Shown here piece after piece: positions 38,569-47,788 of a DNA stretch of 50,887 bases. The stretch spans positions 1 through 50,887 of the forward strand of contig VMCJ01000062.1 in the NCBI GenBank assembly GCA_008081395.1, given 5' to 3'. The first letter of the stretch is position 1. Each line of letters begins with the position of its first letter. This DNA is from Rhodospirillales bacterium (lineage in GTDB: Bacteria; Pseudomonadota; Alphaproteobacteria; Bin95). The notes below the pieces were generated by a model. That model was not told where the DNA came from, did not search any database, and saw only the letters and a list, made by a program, of their open reading frames with translations. A program made the translations under genes and the position numbers.

Positions 38569-38619
38569 GAGACAATAATTCAGGGTGCTATCGTTGGCCA
38601 AATGTTGGAGTAGGCGTCA

Positions 38620-39816
38620 ATGGATATGACATTCACAGCTGAAGAATTTCAGTTTCAACAAAAAGTTGCCGATTGGACTAAAGAGAATTTACCGGCTGAC
38701 ATAAAAGAAAAAGTAGATCGTGGATTGGAGCTACATCGAGACGATTTTGAACGATGGATGCGCATCCTTTCTCGTCAGGGCTGGATTGCCACTAATTGGG
38801 ATTCAAAGGATGGTGGCCCAGGATGGAGCGTTGCAGAAAAATTTTTAGCTGATGAAGCTATTTTTACCGAGGGAGCCCCTCGCGTGGTGCACTTTGGCAC
38901 CAGGATGGTTGGCCCAGTCTTGCTTGCTTTTGGAACGGACGAACAAAAGGCAAAGTACATCCCCAAAATACTCTCCAGCGAAGAAATCTGGTGCCAAGGA
39001 TATTCAGAACCCCAAGCTGGATCTGACTTAGCGCAATTGCAGTGCTCCGCAGTTCTTGATGGAGACCATTATGTGGTCAATGGCACAAAAATTTGGACAT
39101 CATATGCCCATTGTGCAGATCGAATGTTTGCGCTTGTTCGCACGGCAAAATCTGCAAAAAAACAAGAAGGCATCACTTGCCTTTTGATTGATCTAAAAGC
39201 TCCTGGAGTAGAGATTCGGCCTATAATTACGCTCGACGGGAAACATCACTTCAACCAAGAATTTTTAACGAACGTCCGGGTTCCTGTCTCGGACCGAGTT
39301 GGAGCAGAGGGCGAGGGTTGGAAGGTTGCAAAATTTCTCCTCGGCCATGAACGCTCGAATGCATCGTACGTTTCCATTAACAAGCGAAATTTGAAGAAAC
39401 TAAAAGAAATTGCAAGCGATCAACGGGCAGATGGTCAGCGGCTCGCTGATAACCCAGATTTCATGACCAAGATTGCAAACCTAGAGATCGAAATTACCAC
39501 AACAACAACCATGGCGATGCGTCAGCTAGCGTCTGCCGCCGCTGATAAACCTGTAGGCGCTGAAGCATCCATTTTAAAAATTCGAGTTATGGATGCGTTG
39601 AAATCATGCCACGAGCTAATGATGGAAGCGGGTGCTTATTACGCAATGCCCTGGGAGACTAGCCACATACGAGCTGAAAGTAACCTTGATTGGGTCGGGC
39701 CAAGTTATATGTACCGAATGACACCAGATTACTTTGAAAGCCGAGCGATGAGCATTGCTGGAGGTAGCCACGAAATACAAAAGGATATCTTGGCAAAACG
39801 CTCGCTTGGACTTTAA
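38620..39816 (+). CDS. Acyl-CoA dehydrogenase
   Basis: WCQGYSEPQAGSDLA, VNGTKIWTS, GWKVAKFLLGHER, SIAGGSHEIQK. Confidence 0.92.
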   Translation: MDMTFTAEEFQFQQKVADWTKENLPADIKEKVDRGLELHRDDFERWMRILSRQGWIATNWDSKDGGPGWSVAEKFLADEAIFTEGAPRVVHFGTRMVGPVLLAFGTDEQKAKYIPKILSSEEIWCQGYSEPQAGSDLAQLQCSAVLDGDHYVVNGTKIWTSYAHCADRMFALVRTAKSAKKQEGITCLLIDLKAPGVEIRPIITLDGKHHFNQEFLTNVRVPVSDRVGAEGEGWKVAKFLLGHERSNASYVSINKRNLKKLKEIASDQRADGQRLADNPDFMTKIANLEIEITTTTTMAMRQLASAAADKPVGAEASILKIRVMDALKSCHELMMEAGAYYAMPWETSHIRAESNLDWVGPSYMYRMTPDYFESRAMSIAGGSHEIQKDILAKRSLGL

Positions 39817-39817
39817 C

Positions 39818-40597
39818 TCAGCCTAAGAAGGTCAAAACTTCTTCAGCTAAAGCTTCAGGCTGATCAAGGTCGACCAAATGTCCTGCATCGGGAATTTCAA
39901 CTATTTCAGTAGGCCCTGAGATCGCTTCTGCAAATTTTTCCGCATAGGCTTTGGGTATTAATCGATCATCTGCCCCCCATACTATCAATGTTGGACAAAT
40001 AATCCGATGAAGGCGCCGAATAATTCGCGTATCACCCATCGGCCAGAGCAAACGAGCGGATGCTTCACGTGCACGAGCCATCTCGATCGGCCACTCTACA
40101 GGGTCCGCATCATTTGGTCGGCGGATAAAATCCGAATAAGCATCACCATTTTTACAAAAAAGGCTTCCAAATTCGTGGCCCTGCTGAGCCCATGGACTAG
40201 CAGTTGGGTGCAACTCGTCGTACATCCCAAAAGGAGCGACAAGCACAAGCTTATCGACTTTGTGTGGCCACATTGCAGCAACCTCTGCTGCGAGTGTTGC
40301 ACCTATTGAAACTCCTACTAAAGGTGGCCCCTCAAGATTTGCACCATTCAGAAGTTCTCGCATGGCTACGATCCAATCAAGTGTCGTATCCAGCTCACGA
40401 TGGCCTTCGGCTCCTGGAAAGCCAGGAATTGATGGAGCTATAACTTTATGATTTACGGCAAGAGCTTCAGCAAAGGCAGGCCACTTAGGCAAGCCCGCAA
40501 GACCTGCTAAATACCCAATGGGCGCGCCAGTACCTTTTTGCCAAACACGACAGGGGTACCCATTCACCGCAACACTCGAGATCTCCAACTCAGACAT
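39818..40597 (-). CDS. Alpha/beta fold hydrolase
   Basis: GVSIG nucleophile elbow, WGADD, AGHL. ATG 40597 lies 10 nt after the LLM gene stop. Confidence 0.85.
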   Translation of the reverse strand: MSELEISSVAVNGYPCRVWQKGTGAPIGYLAGLAGLPKWPAFAEALAVNHKVIAPSIPGFPGAEGHRELDTTLDWIVAMRELLNGANLEGPPLVGVSIGATLAAEVAAMWPHKVDKLVLVAPFGMYDELHPTASPWAQQGHEFGSLFCKNGDAYSDFIRRPNDADPVEWPIEMARAREASARLLWPMGDTRIIRRLHRIICPTLIVWGADDRLIPKAYAEKFAEAISGPTEIVEIPDAGHLVDLDQPEALAEEVLTFLG

Positions 40598-40607
40598 AAA
40601 GCTCAAC

Positions 40608-41879
40608 CTACTCTGCTGCCTCCAGGTTTCGGGGAAGTGGTGTTGAACGATGGTCTGCGGCCATCGGCTTTGGCCACCAGTGGTTTTGCCACTCGTCATC
40701 CCAAATATCTTTAAGCTGTGGTAGTACCTGCTCGGCATATAATTTAGTGTTATACATGGCGACATCACGGCTCATATTTCCGTACTGCAGTAGCAGCATC
40801 AGTTGCCCCACATGGAGTTCTTGGGCGACTTCTTTAAGCTTTTCTGCCACCTGATCTGGAGTACCAATTATCACATACCCATTGTCAAGAATTGCATCAA
40901 ATTCACGTGCTTTTTTGTCTACTACCAAGGCTGTCTTATTATCACTTGCTACACGAGATACTTGGCCCTGAATGCCCGCACGCATGGTGGCCTCTGTGGT
41001 ATATCCCGGCGGAGTTGCATATCTCGGATCAACATGCAGGCAACGACCGTAGAAATATTCAGCTGGCTCCTTATAGAGTTTGTAAGCTTCTTCTTCCGTC
41101 TCAGCCACGCCTACAAACTGCAAGAACCCAGCTCTGTAAGGGTTTCTATCCTTGCCTAGACGATCCATCTCCTCCCAAAAGCCCTTCATTGTGGCCATCC
41201 CAGCCTTGTATCCATAATACGAGAGATAGCAATAAACGTAGTCCATCTCAGCACACCATTGCCACGTCTCTACTGAGCCACCGCCTGGTATCCAGACCGG
41301 TGGGTGAGGATCATCTTGAACTGGCCTTGGCCATACATTGACATAGCGCTGCTGATTGTATCGACCATTGAATGAGAATGTTTCCTTCTCCTTCCAGGCT
41401 TTCATGACAAGATCGTGCGCCTCCAGATATCGCTCTCGAAGCATGGATGGGTTCTGACCATAGGCGTAACAAGTATCCATAGGAGTGCCTACTGGGAAAC
41501 CTGCGATAAGGCGGCCTCCTGATATACAATCGATCATCGCAAACTCTTCAGCAACACGCGTTGGCGGGTTGTAGAGAGCGAGCGAGTTACCCATCACGCA
41601 CAAGGCTGCATTACTCGTTCGTCTGGCCAGTGAAGAAGCAATCAGGTTTGGCGACGGCATCAATCCATACCCATTGGAGTGATGTTCGTTGACACAAATC
41701 CCGTCAAAACCGCAATCAGCTGCGTATTCCAGCTCATCCATAAAGTCGTTGTACATGCCATGTGCTTTGCGCGGATCAAACAGAGAGGAATGAACATCCA
41801 CCCAAACCGAAGGATGATTGTCTCTGAAATCATCAGGCAAGTCGGTGTAGGGCATTAAGTGGAACCAGAGCTGCTTCAT
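40608..41879 (-). CDS. LLM class flavin-dependent oxidoreductase (luciferase-like monooxygenase)
   Basis: GFDGICVNEHH, P.RVAEEFAMID..SGGRL, PRPVQ..HPPVWIPG, IGTPDQVAE. Confidence 0.9.
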   Translation of the reverse strand: MKQLWFHLMPYTDLPDDFRDNHPSVWVDVHSSLFDPRKAHGMYNDFMDELEYAADCGFDGICVNEHHSNGYGLMPSPNLIASSLARRTSNAALCVMGNSLALYNPPTRVAEEFAMIDCISGGRLIAGFPVGTPMDTCYAYGQNPSMLRERYLEAHDLVMKAWKEKETFSFNGRYNQQRYVNVWPRPVQDDPHPPVWIPGGGSVETWQWCAEMDYVYCYLSYYGYKAGMATMKGFWEEMDRLGKDRNPYRAGFLQFVGVAETEEEAYKLYKEPAEYFYGRCLHVDPRYATPPGYTTEATMRAGIQGQVSRVASDNKTALVVDKKAREFDAILDNGYVIIGTPDQVAEKLKEVAQELHVGQLMLLLQYGNMSRDVAMYNTKLYAEQVLPQLKDIWDDEWQNHWWPKPMAADHRSTPLPRNLEAAE

Positions 41880-41943
41880 GATCAGGGTCTCCTGGCTAAA
41901 ATTCAGTGATAAAATAGTAACGCGTCTCTTTTAGTTATGTCTA

Positions 41944-42729
41944 TTACGCGTATGTTGCTTGGACCTCACCAAATGGCCCAAAATCAGCAATAAAAGTTTC
42001 TCCGACTTTGGGGCGAAGCATACCTGTCAATGTGCCAGTGCTTATGATTTGTGATGCCTTCAGCCCATCCCCTTTTGAGGAAAGTTCATTGGCAAGCCAA
42101 TGGACTGGGGTTATTGGGTCATCTATCGAATCCCTTGCCACTCCCTCCCGTCGCAGAACACCATTTGCAGATAACGTTATGCGTTGGTTAGAAATATCTC
42201 GATTTTGCCAATCAGAAATCGCAGGTCCAATTACAAGCGAGCCACCACCACTTCCATCTGCCAATATGCCAGACAAAGGTGGGAAGAACTCATCATGGAC
42301 AAAGCGACATTCTGCTAATTCAATTCCAATATGAATGGTCTCAACAGAATCAAGGATGTCTGCTCGCTTGGAAGGTGTCGAGCGGCTTGGCAAATCTGAG
42401 CCTATGAGCACCATATATTCTGGTTCAGGAATTGGGCTGCATTGCTTATCATATTCGACTGCCCCTGGGGTCTTCAAAATTTTCCCTGAGAAAACGCGCC
42501 CATAAATTGGCCTATCAGTGCGCAACTGCGCTTGTATCCTTGGCTTATTCGCAGCTATCTTCCAGCCAACTACACCCCAACCAAGTTGCTTGGCCACCTT
42601 GGAGGCGACGCGATAGGCGGCATCTTGATCCGGTGGCACCAAATGCTCTTGAAGGCCACTTTGCTGCCTTCCTTCAGACCGCAATTCTGTTAATAAATCC
42701 ACTAACTGTTTCTCAGCAGGAAAATCCAT
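41944..42729 (-). CDS. 2-keto-4-pentenoate hydratase-like (FAH superfamily) protein
   Basis: AY, GWKIA, PIYG, EPE, IELAECR, WLANEL, STGTLTG, ADFG. Confidence 0.8.
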   Translation of the reverse strand: MDFPAEKQLVDLLTELRSEGRQQSGLQEHLVPPDQDAAYRVASKVAKQLGWGVVGWKIAANKPRIQAQLRTDRPIYGRVFSGKILKTPGAVEYDKQCSPIPEPEYMVLIGSDLPSRSTPSKRADILDSVETIHIGIELAECRFVHDEFFPPLSGILADGSGGGSLVIGPAISDWQNRDISNQRITLSANGVLRREGVARDSIDDPITPVHWLANELSSKGDGLKASQIISTGTLTGMLRPKVGETFIADFGPFGEVQATYA

Positions 42730-42846
42730 CAAGCACTCCCAGACGAACTACAAATAACCAACGCAAAAATAAGGGAAATATTTCTGATTGGTCTCTTCAT
42801 CTGATAGACCCCCAGGATAAAAACTTTAAGAGTGGTTCAGTTTAAA

Positions 42847-43524
42847 ATGCCCAAAATTCTTAAAAGAAGCCTCTCATATATCTATCTGGCCAGCTTAATG
42901 ACAGTATATGGGTGCGGATCCACTACAACACTCATATTACCAGAAAAAACACCAGTTAAAGTTCAAGCTGCAATAAAACCTGCAACAGATTCACCATCGC
43001 TAACTATTATCCAAAAAACAAAAAAACTGGAAAAACAAGCAAAGTTAATTTTGACAGCTAATTTAAAGCCATCAGAAATCGAACAAAAAAGCCCTGAAAA
43101 AATGATGTCGTTTTTATATTCGAGAATGATGTCGAGGAAAGAATTAAAGAGATCAATAGATTCTTTAAAAGACAGTCGCAGGCTTATTTATTTAGTAAGG
43201 AAATATAACAAGGACCATGAAATTGATTCAGTTAATTCGAAGGCACAAATGATTTCTGATATCGCAGAAATCGAATCGATGTTTGGAGAACCTGAAAACG
43301 CTTGGCAGCTAACCCAAGAAGCATTTTCATACGACCATAAACCCATTTTAACTTACACCCTTTATGCCCACTTTTTGGTTTTGCAGGGAAAAGACGACGA
43401 AGCTGAAAAGGTTCGACAGAAACTATTGCGTGAAAGGGGTAATGAATCAGAAGTCCTTCATTCAACTTATTTGAAGGTTCTTTTGAATCGAGCGGACGCA
43501 AAACAACTTAATACGTCCAGATAG
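42847..43524 (+). CDS. Hypothetical lipoprotein with a helical (TPR-like) C-terminus
   Basis: Long ORF; MPKILKR + hydrophobic stretch + VYGC lipobox-like signal; Lys-rich and visibly AT-rich. Confidence 0.6.
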   Translation: MPKILKRSLSYIYLASLMTVYGCGSTTTLILPEKTPVKVQAAIKPATDSPSLTIIQKTKKLEKQAKLILTANLKPSEIEQKSPEKMMSFLYSRMMSRKELKRSIDSLKDSRRLIYLVRKYNKDHEIDSVNSKAQMISDIAEIESMFGEPENAWQLTQEAFSYDHKPILTYTLYAHFLVLQGKDDEAEKVRQKLLRERGNESEVLHSTYLKVLLNRADAKQLNTSR

Positions 43525-43631
43525 GTCTGAAAATTTTTGCAAATGAACTGTTTGGGAATCCCGAGAAGCGAATAATTTCAGGAATTCCTATTTTTGGAAA
43601 AAACCAAGTCGGAGCACCATGCTCAGATAAA

Positions 43632-43708
43632 TGGTCGGAGCGGCAGGATTTGAACCCGCGGCCCTCTGCTCCCAAAGCAGATGCGCTACCAGGCTGCGCT
43701 ACGCTCCG
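43632..43708 (-). tRNA. tRNA-Pro(UGG)
   Basis: Minus strand CGGAGCGTAGCGCAGCCTGGTAGCGCATCTGCTTTGGGAGCAGAGGGCCGCGGGTTCAAATCCTGCCGCTCCGACCA. Anticodon stem TCTGC/GCAGA around TGG, T-loop TTCAAAT, encoded CCA. Confidence 0.97.
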
Positions 43709-43738
43709 ACTCCCCTCTTCATAGAACTCCTTGGTACC

Positions 43739-45001
43739 TCAGGTCAATCGGCGTCTTAACTCCGGATACAAGAAGTTTGCAATTAAGTAACAAAAAAATC
43801 CGATACTCGTCACAGTAATGACGGCCACAGCCGCGTCTCCGACCGTTTCTGCTATCCACCCAACATTCAAAATACCGATAGGCCCACAGCCAATACACAT
43901 TGCCAAAACGCCCATCACTCGCACCCTCATGTTCGAAGGTGCTCTCGCTAAAATGAGGCCTGACTGCATTGATCCAAAGCCCGAAAGCCCAAACCCTGCA
44001 ATGAAAAGAAAACCACCTGCCATGAAAATTAAAGCTGTCCCTCCAAGCAAACCCATCCAAGCGAATAAACCCATGCAAACGATATATGTACCGGCGCCAA
44101 TCGCAAAAATGCGGGCAAGTTGAGAAGGCCGCGCGAAGGCCGCAACAAGGGTAGCGCCGCAAAGGGCACCTAAACCCTCCAAACTTGTTAATGTTCCGGT
44201 TTGCAATGCACTCATACCAAAATTTTGACGACCAATAACTGGAAGCATTGAGACACAAGCAAAACCGAAGAGGTTTAAAATTATTGTCACTACCAGAACC
44301 GCCTGTATGACCCTTTCCTGACGAATATATCGCAGGCCTGATGTCAAACTTCTTAAGACGGGTTCTCGTCCAATTCCTTCACTTCTTATCCCTCGCCGCA
44401 CCCCAGCAATTAAGCAAGCGCCTATAAGGCACACACATGCGCCGAATCCGAATGGTCCTTGAATGCCCACAAAATCTAAAAGAGCACCTCCAATAAATGC
44501 TCCCGACGCTCGGGTAATGCTGTTAGTGGCACTTTCTAAGCCCATAGCTCTTGGTAAGCGCAGAGGCCCCGCAATATCTCCAACCATGGTTCTACGTACT
44601 GGAAGCTCAAAAGACCAAAAAACACCAGAGAGGGTCACGCCTATGGCAACGTGCCAAAGCTCCAATTTTTCAAGAACAGCAAGGCCAGCTAACGAGAAAT
44701 ACATCGCGGCCATCGACACCATCAAGCTAACCAACAGAACCCGACGATCGAAACGTTCTGCCCACGCCCCACAGAAGGCACCTAGAAGAAACATAGGAAG
44801 CATGCGAAGAAAAAGCATCTGCGCTGTAATCAAGGCCGATCCCGTGATTTGGACTGTGTAGTAGCCAACTACCAACACATCCATCCACCGCATGACGCCT
44901 ACCATACCGCCAGCAAGCCATACTCGCATAAAATCTCTATCGATGAAGAGAGATGATGGCTTTTCGAGCGGCTCAGCTTGTGCTGATATCACTTCCTGCA
45001 A
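43739..45001 (-). CDS. MFS transporter
   Basis: About 12 hydrophobic segments; motif A GAWAERFDRR, ELPVRR, APSNMRVRVMG. Confidence 0.88.
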   Translation of the reverse strand: MQEVISAQAEPLEKPSSLFIDRDFMRVWLAGGMVGVMRWMDVLVVGYYTVQITGSALITAQMLFLRMLPMFLLGAFCGAWAERFDRRVLLVSLMVSMAAMYFSLAGLAVLEKLELWHVAIGVTLSGVFWSFELPVRRTMVGDIAGPLRLPRAMGLESATNSITRASGAFIGGALLDFVGIQGPFGFGACVCLIGACLIAGVRRGIRSEGIGREPVLRSLTSGLRYIRQERVIQAVLVVTIILNLFGFACVSMLPVIGRQNFGMSALQTGTLTSLEGLGALCGATLVAAFARPSQLARIFAIGAGTYIVCMGLFAWMGLLGGTALIFMAGGFLFIAGFGLSGFGSMQSGLILARAPSNMRVRVMGVLAMCIGCGPIGILNVGWIAETVGDAAVAVITVTSIGFFCYLIANFLYPELRRRLT

Positions 45002-45033
45002 TTTATTCCTTTCCCGTTTTTACGAGACACACA

Positions 45034-46119
45034 ATGCAAATTATAGAACACGCTCGACTTCGTGATGCCATCACAGCGATTTGTGCTGCAGGTGGAAGCG
45101 AAGCCAAAGAGGCTCGCATAGTTGCTGACAACTTAGTAGATGCCAATATGGCCGGACATGATAGCCATGGCGTTGGAATGATTCCTACTTATATCACCAA
45201 CCTTCTTAACGGAGGACTAAAGCCAAACGAGCACGCTGAGATTGTTGTTGATAACGGAGCAGTCATAGTCATCGATGGCCGTTCCGGTTATGGCCAGGTT
45301 ATTGGGCAAGAGGCGATGGCCATTGGCATTGATAGGGCAAAGAAATTTGGGGCTGCTTGTGTCGGTCTAAGAAATGCCCATCACATAGGAAGAATCGGAC
45401 AATGGGGCGAACAATGCGCTGCTGCCGGTTTTGTATCGACACATCATGTGAATGTTGTCGGCCATAAAGCTTCAGTCGCTCCTTTTGGTGGCTCTGATGC
45501 CCGTTACATTACCAACCCATACTGTGCTGTCATGCCAGCCACGGACAAGAATCCACCAACGGTACTTGATTTCGCAACTAGCTTCGTTGCTATGGGCAAA
45601 ATACGTGTTGCCAGAAATAAGGGTGAGCCTGCACCCGAGGGAGCATTGATAGACACAACCGGACAGCCAAGTCGTGACCCCAACATCATGTACACTGACC
45701 CTATCGGAGGTGCCCTTAACCCTTTTGGTCAGCACAAAGGTTACGGACTAGCTCTTCTTAATGAGATATTGCCATCGGCCATGACGGGCACCGTCGGGTG
45801 TAGACCAGAGACACGGTTTGACCCACCAAAGACCATTAACAATATGCTTTCCATTATTATTGACCCCAGCCGTCTTGTCTCCCGTGAACGGTTTAATGAG
45901 GAAACTGATGCGGCCATTTCTAACGTTAAAGGTTCTCCAGCAGCTGACCCATCAAAGCCGGTAGTTGTGCCAGGTGACCCAGAACGGATCTCTTGGAAGA
46001 AAAGAGACTCGGAAGGAGTACCGGTGGATGACGAAACCTGGCGAGAAATAACAGCATCAGCTGTATCAGTTGGTATGCGTGCTGAAGATCTTGACGTCAT
46101 CGCAGGCATTAAGGCCTGA
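45034..46119 (+). CDS. Ldh_2 family hydroxycarboxylate dehydrogenase (YbiC/HcxB-like), copy 1
   Basis: GHDSHGVGMIP, GYGQVIG, HHIGRIGQWGEQ, TNPYC, LDFATS, HKGYGLA. Start at ATG 45034. Confidence 0.88.
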   Translation: MQIIEHARLRDAITAICAAGGSEAKEARIVADNLVDANMAGHDSHGVGMIPTYITNLLNGGLKPNEHAEIVVDNGAVIVIDGRSGYGQVIGQEAMAIGIDRAKKFGAACVGLRNAHHIGRIGQWGEQCAAAGFVSTHHVNVVGHKASVAPFGGSDARYITNPYCAVMPATDKNPPTVLDFATSFVAMGKIRVARNKGEPAPEGALIDTTGQPSRDPNIMYTDPIGGALNPFGQHKGYGLALLNEILPSAMTGTVGCRPETRFDPPKTINNMLSIIIDPSRLVSRERFNEETDAAISNVKGSPAADPSKPVVVPGDPERISWKKRDSEGVPVDDETWREITASAVSVGMRAEDLDVIAGIKA

Positions 46120-46133
46120 GGAGAATATATAAA

Positions 46134-47225
46134 ATGCCAACTATTCAAGCTGATAAACTCGAAGCCGTATGTCGCCTAATTACAACTGCTCGCGGGTCTG
46201 CGGAAAAGGAAGCAGATCAGGTTGCACGAAATCTGGTCGTCGCAAATTTAAAGGGCCATGACAGTCACGGTGTGGGGATGTTGCCTCGTTACATCAAGTC
46301 GTCCTTTGTGGGAGAACTTAATATCAATTCTCATGCAGAAATTGTCACTGATCATGGGCTAATCGTACAGATTGATGGGAATCAAGGTTACGGCCAGGTT
46401 ATTGGTGAAGAGGCCATGGAGATTGGCATTGAACGCGCCAAAGCTTTTGGGCTCTGCATCCTAACAATTCGGAATTCCTATCACTTATGCAGAATAGGAG
46501 CCTGGGGTGAACAATGCGCAGAACATGGTTTAGTCTCCATGCATCATGTAAACGGATATGGCCATCCAGGTTACGTTGCTCCATTCAGGGGATCCGATGC
46601 GAGGATTTCAACTAACCCCTACTGCGTTGTCTTGCCAAAAACCGCTAATAACCCTCCGACTGTGCTAGACTTTGCAACCTCGGCTGTTGCTCAAGGCAAA
46701 ATTAGAGTTGCCAAAAATAAGGGTGTTGAAGCGCCAGAGGGCGCTCTGATTAACCATAAAGGTCAGCCAACTCGAGACCCGATGGTGCTGTTTCAAGAAC
46801 CAATGGGTGCTCTTGCTGCTGTTGGTGGAGAAGCGGCAGGCCATAAAGGTTACGGGCTTGCTTTTATCAATGAACTTTTTGGCGGAGTTCTATCTGGTGG
46901 TCATACATGCCGGCCAGAGACGCATCATGAACATGACGTTATCATCAATGGGATGTTATCAATCATTATTGACCCTGAGAAAATGACTGATCGTGAGAGC
47001 TTTGAGGCTGAAATTGATGCTGCAATTGCCCACGTAACCGCATCTCCAGCAGCTGACCCTGAAAAACCTGTCCTTGTCCCAGGCGACCCAGAGCGCCAGA
47101 CTTTAGCTGAGAGACGTTCTGAGGGTGTGCCTATAGATGACGAAACTTGGCGCGAAATCCTTGCAACCGGTCAAAGTGTCGGTATCGAGCCCGATGAACT
47201 GCGAAGTCTAGCAGCTGTGAATTAA
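46134..47225 (+). CDS. Ldh_2 family hydroxycarboxylate dehydrogenase (YbiC/HcxB-like), copy 2
   Basis: GHDSHGVGMLP, GYGQVIG, RIGAWGEQ, TNPYC, LDFATS, HKGYGLA; GAGGAG RBS. Confidence 0.88.
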   Translation: MPTIQADKLEAVCRLITTARGSAEKEADQVARNLVVANLKGHDSHGVGMLPRYIKSSFVGELNINSHAEIVTDHGLIVQIDGNQGYGQVIGEEAMEIGIERAKAFGLCILTIRNSYHLCRIGAWGEQCAEHGLVSMHHVNGYGHPGYVAPFRGSDARISTNPYCVVLPKTANNPPTVLDFATSAVAQGKIRVAKNKGVEAPEGALINHKGQPTRDPMVLFQEPMGALAAVGGEAAGHKGYGLAFINELFGGVLSGGHTCRPETHHEHDVIINGMLSIIIDPEKMTDRESFEAEIDAAIAHVTASPAADPEKPVLVPGDPERQTLAERRSEGVPIDDETWREILATGQSVGIEPDELRSLAAVN

Positions 47226-47306
47226 CGCACGTTGGCCCGTGAACTTCTAGGTTTGCAAGATTTTTAAAAATTAGGCCAATCATTAAAAAACTTTTGGAAA
47301 AATCAA

Positions 47307-47741
47307 ATGCCTGAATACATCCCTCCAGCAATCGATTGGGTACGTGAGCAAGTCGAGCTCTATGAAGGAAGCGGTGGCACTGAAGGAACAACTCTCAGAG
47401 ATACGGGGCTTCCATGCATTATTGTTACCCACCAAGGAGGTAAAACTGGAGGTATTCGGAAAATCCCTCTTATGCGGGTTAAAGTTGGACAAAGCTATGT
47501 GCTTGTTGGGTCTTACGGTGGTCGCCCGAAGAACCCTGTTTGGGTATACAATCTCCGAGCCCATCAGGACGTGGAAATCCGTGACAAAACTGAAGTCATG
47601 AAGATGCGTGTTCGCGAAGTTACAAACGAAAAGGAGCGAAAATCGCTATGGGATGCCAGCGTCGCAGCATTCCCCAGCTATGCAGAATACCAGGCTAAAA
47701 CCGACCGCACTATTCCAGTTTTTCTTGCTGAGCCAGTTTAG
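47307..47741 (+). CDS. Deazaflavin (F420H2)-dependent nitroreductase/quinone reductase family (Ddn/FDOR-A)
   Basis: G.KTG..RKIPLM, VLVGSYGG.PKNPVWVYNLRA, YAEYQAKTDRTIPVF. Confidence 0.88.
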   Translation: MPEYIPPAIDWVREQVELYEGSGGTEGTTLRDTGLPCIIVTHQGGKTGGIRKIPLMRVKVGQSYVLVGSYGGRPKNPVWVYNLRAHQDVEIRDKTEVMKMRVREVTNEKERKSLWDASVAAFPSYAEYQAKTDRTIPVFLAEPV

Positions 47742-47788
47742 TATTGAAGTTCTAGCACCCGCCGCTCAAATAGTTGCGGAACAATACT

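Noticed and set aside
43719-44861. Long alternative-frame and antisense ORFs over the MFS gene (and similar ones over other membrane-protein genes, e.g. 22163-22657)
   Set aside because: Shadow ORFs of genuine CDSs, with no motifs or RBS.
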